Shown piece by piece: positions 9,829-19,497 of a stretch of 64,000 nt of DNA. The first letter of the stretch is position 1; each line of letters opens with the position of its first letter. Under the pieces are notes generated by a model that saw only the letters and a list, made by a program, of their open reading frames with translations, made no database searches and was not told the origin of the DNA. The DNA comes from Selaginella moellendorffii (Eukaryota; Plantae; Lycopodiophyta), in assembly GCF_000143415.4 (NCBI RefSeq), contig NW_003314281.1:51572-115571 (forward strand), in the 5' to 3' direction. The position numbers and the translations under genes were made by a program.

Positions 9829-11568
9829 ATGATGAATGTCAAGAGCTTGAATCACCGGCGGCACGAGGAGGACGCTCCATCGCCGCCCGAGGACTACTCG
9901 GCCAAGCCGTCCAAGCCATGGCCGCGGCCCGTGGATTACCTCATCCGCGAGCAGCGCCTCATGTTCGTGCTCCTGGGCATGGCGCTGGCCACCGCCTTCT
10001 TCATCGTGCAGCCGGGCTACTTCGGCAATTCCGATCGTCCCTCCAGCGCGGCGCGCTTCTTCGATCGCGAGGCCGAGACTCGCATCGTGGTGAGGCCCCA
10101 GGTGTCCACTGTTCCGGCGGTGTTTAGCACGGGCGCCAAGATCCCGTTGGGTCTCAGGAGGAAGCCATTGCGGGTGGTGGTGACCGGCGGGGCTGGATTC
10201 GTGGGCAGCCATCTGGTGGACAGGCTCATGGCTCGCGGCGACAGTGTGATCGTGGTGGACAATTTCTTCACCGGGAGGAAGGAGAATGTGATCCACCACG
10301 TTGGAAATCCCAGGTTTGAGCTCATCCGGCACGACGTTGTGGAGCCACTGCTGCTGGAGGTGGACCAGATCTATCACCTTGCGTGCCCGGCTTCTCCAGT
10401 CCACTACAAGTATAACCCCGTGAAGACGATCATATCCTTTCTTGGCAAGCTTTTCTTTTGCTTCTTGCTCTTGTTTGCTCTCTTTTGCTGCTTGCCCATG
10501 GTTTTTGTTTTTGGTGGTGTTGCTCGTCCTGCAAGTCGCTTGGTTTGTCCTTGACTTAGGCATTTACAAGACCAACGTGATGGGAACGCTTAACATGCTC
10601 GGGTTGGCCAAGCGTGTTGGTGCTCGTTTTCTCCTCACAAGTACCAGTGAAGTCTACGGAGATCCGATCGAGCACCCGCAGAAGGAGGACTATTGGGGTC
10701 ACGTAAATCCCATTGGTAAGATCGATGTTTCGGTTCTGCGTTTTTCACTTGTTCTTCGTAAGTAGTGACTTCTAACTTGGTTTTGGTACTTGCGTTATTG
10801 ATGTAGGTGTTCGGAGTTGCTATGATGAAGGCAAGCGTGTTGCTGAGACGCTGACCATGGATTATCACAGGGGTGATAGTGTCCATGTAAGATATAACTA
10901 AGCATGATCTTTTTTGTTTGTGGTGAGATTACAACTTGCGCAATCACTGATGATCAGGTGAGGATTGCCCGGATTTTCAATACTTATGGTCCACGAATGT
11001 GCATTGATGACGGCCGCGTAGTGAGTAATTTTGTTGCACAGGTAAGAAGGCTCTTTATGCTCGTACCTTGTAATTCACAACAGCTGTTGGACTTAGGCTC
11101 TACGTAAGGAGGCCATGACTGTTTACGGGGATGGAAAGCAAACTCGGAGCTTTCAATATGTGTCAGATCTGGTACCTTGCGTTGTTTTCCTTCGACCGAA
11201 GCTTACACGTTTACCATGCAGGTTGAAGGGCTTATCAGGCTAATGGAAGGCGAGCACATCGGACCCTTCAACCTTGGCAATCCCGGAGAGTTCACCATGT
11301 TGGAACTCGCACAGGTACGTCCAAATTCCCACGCCGTCGTTTGCAATCGAAAGCCATGCCACAGGTGGTACGAGAGACGATTGATCCGGAGGCAAAGATA
11401 GAGTTCCGGAACAACACGGAGGACGATCCACACAAGAGGAAGCCGGACATCACCAAAGCCAAGAAACTCCTTGGCTGGAAGCCCAAGATCTCCCTGAGGG
11501 AAGGGCTGCCTCTCATGGTGGAGGACTTTAGGCGGCGAGTGTTTGACAATGGTGAGAACTCGAGGTAA
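9829..11568 (+). CDS. UXS: UDP-glucuronic acid decarboxylase / UDP-xylose synthase, membrane-anchored type; exons 9829-10431, 10568-10715, 10807-10886, 10958-11041, 11097-11171, 11222-11314, 11365-11568
   Basis: [75 protein letters not shown]-terminal TM ([17 protein letters not shown]). All exons join in frame at canonical sites. Confidence 0.95.
10432..10567 (+). other. U12-type (minor spliceosome) AT-AC intron in UXS
   Basis: 5' site ATATCCTTT at 10432, branch point TCCTTGAC at 10548-10555, 3' AC at 10566-10567. Removal restores PVKTI-KTNVMGT. Confidence 0.92.
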
Positions 11569-14500
11569 AAGAGGCCACGGTTTTTGGAACAGGAGAGGAG
11601 AGGAGATGAGGTCCAGATAGAACAAGGCAGGCTTGCACAGTCGTATTGGCTGTCCTGTACACCTATCGAGCCACAGGAGAGAAAAAACTAGAAAAGAAAG
11701 AGGCAACGCGGAATGGCGGTGAAAGTTTCCAGCTTCTCGGCAGCTTGTTTTCATGGTGATATTTTCAATCTAGGAGAGAATAAAGTTTGTTGTTATGATT
11801 CTTAGCCAGTAACAGCGATGGTGGTGGTGGTTGTGGTGTTTCACTAGGAATTTGCCGGAAGAACAGCGAGCTTCCTGTGGTTTTGGAGGTACTCTATGAT
11901 TTTGTCTATGATCTTTGGACTGACAGCCATGACCTACAGTGGAAGTTTGACGCTCTCTTTTCGTACAGTCGGTATCAAAGTGCGTTAAAAATGTTTGTCT
12001 TTCATGTGTGCGTGCGTGCACGATGTGATTGTTTTGTCTCTTATTTTTTTCGTTTTGCTTTTGGGGTTCTTCCGATGACTAGAGACAAGGTAGTGTCTGC
12101 GTTGTTTTGTAATTTTTTTACTTTGGATCTAGCATCAGCGTCGTGTGTGCAAGATTTTGACACCCAGCGAGGAGCGACCCATTCATAAATTCTAGATTGT
12201 GATTTAAAAGGTCGAGAAGATGTATATGGTAAAGGAAAATTTTCAGAGGTGAAATCGAGTGGAATTTTTTCAGCTGTGACATCCTTCTACTCGGACACCG
12301 GTTGCATCAGGAGCGAGAGCAATTAAATCGTTGTTCCTTCAGAATTTCAGAGCCGACTCCAATCGTTAAATTCTTTGCAATGAGCTTTGTTGGTGCTCGT
12401 CGTAAAAAGCAAAAGGTCTAAAGCTCGCTCCTGGGTGAGAACTTAATTGAAGATCAAGGGAAAGCGGGTGAGCGAATTGTTCATTGCAAGAGTGCTCGAC
12501 AACAGAGAAAGGTGCTTGTCCACAAAGACGTGTGACGCGACTTTCCATAGATCTCGACTGTAGAGATCAAGATTTTGGTAAGAGCTTCTTCACCTTGAAT
12601 TTTCTCCTAAAATCTTGTAAAAAGCCGATGTATTTGCTGTTGAGATGCTTTGAGGTACCTGAATGTTAAGCTGTCAAGAACAGAGCCAAAAAGCTGGAAG
12701 TAGTTTAGCACTAGGAATGTACCTTTATGTTTTCTTGTCTGTCTAGATTTTGATGTTCGGAACCAAGTAATTAGAAGTTCTACTGCTAGAACAAAACTAT
12801 CAAGGCTCAGAGGACGTTCTTCAGGCTGTGTCATTTAAGAAACGGGAAAAAATCATACTCATCCAAACTCATTCTCGAGATCTTGAATCTCCCAGCGGCC
12901 TTCTCACTGCCAAGACGAAATAATAAGTATCCTACAACAGATGTGCACATACATTGATCTCCTTCACTCAATGAGAAGGTATGTTTATTCTTTTCCTTTG
13001 GATGTTTCTTTAATCTTAGTTCACTTCTGTGTGTTTTAGGTGGTCAAGATGCTTGTTTACAAGCTCCTCAAGAAAGCACTGCCCAAGTTGACTTGCCCAG
13101 GTGGAGTATGCCTCCCCTTCTAAAGCCGAGTTGTGGAATATATTATCTTTCACACTAAATTTTTTTTCTGGAACTGAAAAATGAATTTGCTATGCATTGC
13201 ATGTAGCAATGTTTGGTTTGTTATTTTTACTTATTAATTTAATTGATCAAATAAAAATTTATAATCATAAACATGTTTATAAATTATAAACACATGATCA
13301 ACATTATTGCATAAGATGGTAGAATAAAAAAGAACATACTAAAAAGTGTTTAAGAAAGTTTATAAATTATAAAAATAATTATAAATTATAAATACAAAAT
13401 TAATCAAAATGAATAACAACTGTTAAATGTTCAAATATATTTTAGATATATCCCCTTTACATGTTTACTCAAGCAAACCAATTATAATAAGCTGTATTTC
13501 TAATAATAAAATTTATCTAAAATAAACTACAAAATATCTTATGACTAATTCATGGAAACAGGAATCCTCACTCACAAAAGTTTTGTATCTCACAAACAAC
13601 TGTACCGCCCAAAACACACCTTCCCCACAAACCTGTCCGGGATCAACTAATCCGGCTCCTCAAACACCTTTGGATCTCGGCAAACTAGCACCCTAAGAGC
13701 TGTCCCTTGTTGATTACAAAAGTTGCCACTGTTTGGGCAGGTGGAGTTAATTTTCTCTTCATCCTATCATATAACATCTCAACAGAAGCCCCTGCGCCAC
13801 TTTACCACCATATCCTCCCGGGCGCATCCGTACTGGTGCATCACAGCAGAAGACCTCCAGCACAGTCGACTTGAGCAGCCGCATTTTCTCCAGCGCTCAC
13901 CCCGCTGGATCGCCCAAGTTGAAACTGTTCTCGTAGCGGAGACTATTAAATCCAAACAGTCAGAGGGGCACATGCAAAATACTGGATGAGAACATTATCG
14001 TCAAAATACTTGTCATTGTAGAGCGCTGTACCCATGACCAGCTGAATCTGGGAGTGAAGGGGAATTCAATGCCGCACGGGACAGCTTGCATTTGTGGAGG
14101 TCGAATTGCACTGCTGCAATCGCAGGAAGTAGAATACTTTGAGGTTTTCCTCTTCGAAGCCGTGTTTGAGATTTACGATGCTTCCAATTCTCGACACAAT
14201 CGTGAGGACGACGCCAAAAAAAATGCATGCCTGCATTGGTTCATACCACCATGTCAAAAGCTTCCGATCTAAAAAGTGTTGAGATTTTTACCCAGTTTAA
14301 AAGCCACTCAAGACCAAGGATTCTCGGCTTCTTGATGCTTAGCCACATTATACACGGCAACTGCTGGGAACACGTCAGAGAGAAGAAAGGGAAGTTTTGA
14401 GTCACTGATACGTACGACATACGTTGTTGGTCCAAGAGCGAGCCCACCGAATAATCCCAGATGCCCGATAAACGAAGGTATGATCACCGCAACCAAACAC

Positions 14501-14927
14501 GTAAATCCTGGCAGCTCAAGCTTGTGGAAATTCACCAAGAAGAATACCGCTCCCTTACTTACGTAAAGAGGCCTAATCCAAGCATTGATTGGCAGTTTCT
14601 TTTGCTCCAGCCAGCAAGTTAGTCCATCATAAATCGGCAAAGCAAAAACCTGGGATGGAGCACGTAGGAACCAATGGAAGCTTAGCTTACCTGGTAACTC
14701 CCTGTGAGGTGCAGCATAAGCATCAAGTTGGCTGTCCCTATCAGCCACTTTGGTTTATCGAGGACTCCAGTGTGGGAGTGAACAAGACCACGTCAGCACA
14801 CGAGCGATCCAGACGCCGCCACGGATCGTCACGATAAACCCATACATTTAACCATGTATCAACCGTCATAATAATAACACAACACCGTTTCATAATACCA
14901 CATGGTATCGGAGCAGTGAACGATCTA

Positions 14928-15134
14928 ATGGCCAGAGGACAGTGGCACATGAAGAATCAAAGGGGCCAGGAACCCTTGGCTCAGGAGCGCGCGAGGGCTT
15001 TGGCAGTGCTGGCGCGGGTGGAGCGGAAGATCCAGGAGCGAAAGCGCCAACAAGCTCTTTGCCCAGCCTGCCGGAAGGTGTGCCCTTGTTGCGGCCGAGT
15101 TTTTCACGATTCTTCTCCACGCCGTCCTTTCTAA
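14928..15134 (+). CDS. Putative 68-aa leader ORF inside the copia 5' UTR (basic helix plus CPAC-x3-CPCC motif)
   Basis: ATG at 14928, just after the PBS, to TAA at 15134. It fills almost the whole leader and is in a different frame from gag. Confidence 0.35.
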   Translation: MARGQWHMKNQRGQEPLAQERARALAVLARVERKIQERKRQQALCPACRKVCPCCGRVFHDSSPRRPF

Positions 15135-15171
15135 ATTCTCTGTTTAATCTATTCTTAGATTAATAGATAGA

Positions 15172-18100
15172 ATGTCTTCAGGAAATTCTTGGGACTCTGG
15201 GGGCTGGGAGAAACTTCTCCAAAAGTTCACGGGACAGAATTTCTCCACTTGGAAAACAAAAGTACAGCTTATCCTTTTGGCCAAGGACTGCTGGCCTATA
15301 GTGGATGGAACGACTCAACGTCCGGCTGCTGCGGATGTAACCCAACGGCTCGACTGGGACTCCAAGAATCGGAAAGCGCTCTCTGTCATCGGGTTAGGTC
15401 TTGGGGATGAATTCGTTCATCTCCTTGATCTTACCAAAACAGCCCACCAGAACTGGACATCCCTTACACAAATCTTCGCTGCCAAAGCTGCCAATGCTAA
15501 GGTGGTGCTAACACAAAGGTTCTTCACGATGAGAATGCAACCTGATGACACCATGGCCACTTACATTGGAAAGTTTAAAGCGATGATCAGCGAGCTGAAG
15601 GACGCGGAAGCGGCAATCACCATCGATCAAGCTAAGGCATTCCTTCTGAGCTCGGTCTCCCCTGATCTCCAACCTTTCGCATCGATGCTCTCGGCAGTGC
15701 CTGGAAAGGACTTGGACTCGCTCTACTCGGACCTGATCGAGGAAGAACGAAAGCAGAACGAGCGGAGACAAAAGGCGCCCTCTCAGGCTGCTCGGGTGGA
15801 GCAGGCCTTGATCATGGGAAAGCAATCGGGTGGGAAGAAACGAGATGGCCCTGTTCGAGGACAAAAGAGCCCTTCTCCCAGCCCTGGATTTGCAACCAAT
15901 AAAAAACGCAAGGGCCCATGTAACTACTGCGGCAAAGCTGGCCACGTGGAGCGTGAATGCCGGATCAAGAAAGCCGCAGAGAAAGCTCGCGCTGAAAGAA
16001 GCTCTTCTTCACGCCAACCTGACACGATGTTGATGATGACGCTCGCTGCATCTTCATCCACTGTGTCCGAAGCCGAAGTGCTCTGGATGGATTCTGGAGC
16101 CTCGATGCACCTCACACCATTGAAGAGAGCTTTTCACAAGTACCGGCCACTGGAGCAGGAGAAGCAAGTCTTTGTAGGAGACAAACGCCCCTTAACAGTG
16201 GAAGGACAAGGAACGGTCATCATAAAGTTGGAGAGTGGAGCTGAGAAGCTCGTGAACCAGGTCTACTACGTACCAGAAGCAGGACAGACAGTGTTCTCAG
16301 TTGGTGTAGCAGCAGATCAAGGCTTCTCAACACTCTTCAACGCAGACGGATGCACCATCTTTGACGAGACTGGCCATCCAGTAGCTTTTGGTAGACGAGC
16401 TGAGACTCTCTACAAGCTCAATGCTCAGTTGATCCTCTCAACTCACGAGCAGGGGCATTTGCTTGCAATTCGCCCCAGCTCTTGGGCTGCCAACTCTCTC
16501 CAGCTCTGGCACGCTCGGCTAGGGCATGCCAATTCTCACGACATCCAGCTACTTGCTAGCCACAAGCTTGCTGATGACTTTACCCTCACCGGTGCCGGCC
16601 AACTGGGAGTATGTGAGACGTGCCAACTGAGGAAGCAGCCAAGACTACCCTTTCCACGCAGAAGTCCAGAAGATGGCGCCTCAGGATTTCTTCAGCTGGT
16701 ACACACGGATGTGTGCCATGTGCCAGAAGCAACTCTCAGTCACAAGCGGTACTTCGTTTCGTTCATTGACGACTACTCACGCTATGCGGTGGCTGTTCTC
16801 ATGGCACACAAGGGAGAGGTCTACCATCACTTCCAGGTCTACAAAAGCTGGGCAGAAAATGCCACTGGCTGTACCATCCGGACACTACGTTCAGATGGCG
16901 GCGGTGAGTATATGAGCAAGGAGTTTCTGGCATTTCTTGCTCAGGCTGGCATCCACCACGAGTACACCGCAGCCCACACCTCGCAGCAGAATGGGGTCGC
17001 CGAGCGCCTGAACAGGACACTTATGGACTGTGTACGCTGCCTTCTCCAGCACGCTGGCATGCCCAAGGTGTTTTGGGGAGAGGCACTCAACACAGCAGTG
17101 TACCTCCGGAACCGGCTGCCAACACGTTCCACAGGACAGGTGCCGTTTCAAGTATGGACTGGGAAGCGCCCCAAGTTAGGGCACTTGAGGGTGTTTGGTT
17201 GCATAGCCTACGCCCACATCCCCGATGTTCAGCGGCGGAAGCTGGATCCCAAGAGCGAGAAATGCATCTTCATGGGCTATCACACCCAGGTAAAAGCCTA
17301 TCGACTCTATAACTGCCAGCGCAGGAAACTGGTGGTGAGCCGAGATGTGGTGTTTGATGAAGCTCGTCTTTATCGAGATACCCTGAGACTCCCTCCTGTT
17401 TCTCCACCATCTCTGGTGGATCTTTCTGAGATTTTGGACGACGTTCCACATCTCCACCCAGCACCAGACAATCCAGCCGCTGCAGAGCCAGGAGGAGTTG
17501 CTGAAGGAGCGCCCGAAGGAGGCGATCTGGCAGGAGGAGCTGATCACGGTACTTCTCTTCCTTCGACACCTCCTCTGACGACTCCACAGGCCACAGCGGC
17601 TGCATCCTCAAGCACCAATGAACAGCCAGATCTTTCCACGCTTGTGGCTGACCTGTTCGTTGGCGACGAGTTATATCAAGATGCCACCACTCCTCCCAGC
17701 ATTCCCAAGCTACCACCTCCTCCAGCCGGCACAGCAGTGGTGACACGCTCGGGTCGTGTCGTGAAACCATCTCTTAAAGCCAAGGAGGCGATGCCTATAG
17801 GAAAGCGCGCCTACTTCTGGGCTCTGTCGGCTCCACCTGCCTCTCTCGGTCCCCAAGCGGCTCTACATGGACCAGAAGCTGAACACTGGCAGGCAGCTAT
17901 GCAGGAGGAGTATGATTCTCTCCAGAAAAACAACACTTGGTCGCTGGTTGAACTTCCAGCTCGCAGAAAGCTCGTCTCATCCAAGTGGTTGTTTAAGAAA
18001 AAGTACAACGCTGATGGAAGCATTGAGCGCTACAAGGCGAGATTTGTGGCACGCGGATTTTCTCAAGTTCATGGGCTGGACTACTCGGAGACTTACAGCC

Positions 18101-19497
18101 CGGTGGTGAAACTCACAACCATTCGTATGCTACTAATCTTAGCTGCAGAATTGGATCTCGAGCTCCATCAACTTGACGTTTGCACTGCGTTCCTTAACGG
18201 CGACATCGATGAAGAGGTGTATGTGGCTCAGCCTCCTGGTTTTATCCAGCCTGGAGAAGAACACCTCGTTTGCAAGCTTCACAAAGCTCTCTACGGACTC
18301 AAGCAGTCGCCACGCCAATGGTACACGAAAATAGATTCTTTTCTAATTTCCCTTGGTTTCGTGCGCAGTGCTGCTGATTGTAACCTCTACATATATTTTG
18401 ACGCTGAGGGCTATTTGTTCCTTGCGCTATATGTGGACGATGCTATTCTCGTGGCAAATCAGCTACGTTTGATCCACAAATTTAAAACGTACCTTGGCGC
18501 TAAATTTGCCATGAAAGACCTCGGTGAGTTGCATTTCTGCCTCGGTATCCAGGTGACGCGCAACAGGGAACGAGGCACTCTGGAGCTAAGCCAGGCAAAA
18601 TATGTTTCCGACGTGCTCCAGAGGTATGGCCTTGCTCATGTTAATCCGGTTGCTACTCCCATGGAAACAGGCACGAAATTATCTGCTGAGAGTGGAGAGT
18701 ACCTTGATCAATCTCCCGAGGAGGAGAAAGCATCTAGAGCAGTCTATCGCTCTATGGTCGGCAGCCTGATCTACCTGGTAATCTCCACTCGGCCTGACCT
18801 TGCATATGCTGTGGGAACAGTGGCGAAGTACCTGGACCGTCCCTCCACAGCACACTGGCAGGCTTTGAAACGTATTATGAGGTACGTGGCAGGGACTAAC
18901 CAGCTAACTTTAAAGTACTCCAGAGGCGAGAGCGGCAATAAGCTGGCTGGTTACTCTGATGCTGATTGGGCCGGGGATCCAGACAACAGGAAGTCAACCA
19001 CAGGCTACGTTTTCCTGCTAAATGGAAATGTCGCAAGCTGGTGCAGCAAACGACAGGCTATTACAGCGATGTCGAGTACTGAGGCTGAGTACATAGCTGC
19101 AGCAGCTGCAACCAAGGAAGCAGCGTGGCTGAAGGGACTTCTCCAGGATCTACAAATCAACACGGGCGTGGTCAAGCTATTGTGTGACAACCAGTCTGCA
19201 ATAGCTTTGACCAAGAACTCCAGGTTCCACTCTCGTACTAAACACATTGAGCTGCGCTTCCATTTTATACGAGAGCAGATCCAGAGAGGAATGATCGAGC
19301 TGGAGTTCTGCCCGACAAACTCCATGCTAGCGGACGTGCTAACAAAACCACTTCCTCGTGTTAAACATGAAGTCTTCACGAAGGCTCTTGGGCTGACTTT
19401 AGACGTTGGCCTTGAGGAGGAGTGTGGGAGTGAACAAGACCACGTCAGCACACAGCCACGTGAGCGATCCAGACGCCGCCACGGATCGTCACGATAA
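15172..19497 (+). CDS. Copia gag-pol polyprotein (gag, CCHC knuckle, protease, integrase, RT, RNase H), 1441 aa, intact
   Basis: CNYCGKAGHVEREC, WMDSGAS, LWHARLGH, HTD...IDDYSR...LRSDGGGEY...NGVAER, KALYGLKQSPRQW, LYVDD, YSDADWAG, CDNQSAI, HSRTKHI. Confidence 0.97.
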   Translation: MSSGNSWDSGGWEKLLQKFTGQNFSTWKTKVQLILLAKDCWPIVDGTTQRPAAADVTQRLDWDSKNRKALSVIGLGLGDEFVHLLDLTKTAHQNWTSLTQIFAAKAANAKVVLTQRFFTMRMQPDDTMATYIGKFKAMISELKDAEAAITIDQAKAFLLSSVSPDLQPFASMLSAVPGKDLDSLYSDLIEEERKQNERRQKAPSQAARVEQALIMGKQSGGKKRDGPVRGQKSPSPSPGFATNKKRKGPCNYCGKAGHVERECRIKKAAEKARAERSSSSRQPDTMLMMTLAASSSTVSEAEVLWMDSGASMHLTPLKRAFHKYRPLEQEKQVFVGDKRPLTVEGQGTVIIKLESGAEKLVNQVYYVPEAGQTVFSVGVAADQGFSTLFNADGCTIFDETGHPVAFGRRAETLYKLNAQLILSTHEQGHLLAIRPSSWAANSLQLWHARLGHANSHDIQLLASHKLADDFTLTGAGQLGVCETCQLRKQPRLPFPRRSPEDGASGFLQLVHTDVCHVPEATLSHKRYFVSFIDDYSRYAVAVLMAHKGEVYHHFQVYKSWAENATGCTIRTLRSDGGGEYMSKEFLAFLAQAGIHHEYTAAHTSQQNGVAERLNRTLMDCVRCLLQHAGMPKVFWGEALNTAVYLRNRLPTRSTGQVPFQVWTGKRPKLGHLRVFGCIAYAHIPDVQRRKLDPKSEKCIFMGYHTQVKAYRLYNCQRRKLVVSRDVVFDEARLYRDTLRLPPVSPPSLVDLSEILDDVPHLHPAPDNPAAAEPGGVAEGAPEGGDLAGGADHGTSLPSTPPLTTPQATAAASSSTNEQPDLSTLVADLFVGDELYQDATTPPSIPKLPPPPAGTAVVTRSGRVVKPSLKAKEAMPIGKRAYFWALSAPPASLGPQAALHGPEAEHWQAAMQEEYDSLQKNNTWSLVELPARRKLVSSKWLFKKKYNADGSIERYKARFVARGFSQVHGLDYSETYSPVVKLTTIRMLLILAAELDLELHQLDVCTAFLNGDIDEEVYVAQPPGFIQPGEEHLVCKLHKALYGLKQSPRQWYTKIDSFLISLGFVRSAADCNLYIYFDAEGYLFLALYVDDAILVANQLRLIHKFKTYLGAKFAMKDLGELHFCLGIQVTRNRERGTLELSQAKYVSDVLQRYGLAHVNPVATPMETGTKLSAESGEYLDQSPEEEKASRAVYRSMVGSLIYLVISTRPDLAYAVGTVAKYLDRPSTAHWQALKRIMRYVAGTNQLTLKYSRGESGNKLAGYSDADWAGDPDNRKSTTGYVFLLNGNVASWCSKRQAITAMSSTEAEYIAAAAATKEAAWLKGLLQDLQINTGVVKLLCDNQSAIALTKNSRFHSRTKHIELRFHFIREQIQRGMIELEFCPTNSMLADVLTKPLPRVKHEVFTKALGLTLDVGLEEECGSEQDHVSTQPRERSRRRHGSSR

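Noticed and set aside
9811-10563. 250-aa antisense ORF over UXS, and similar ORFs over the PPR, WD40-like and copia genes
   Set aside because: Shadow ORFs of GC-rich coding sequence with no independent motifs.
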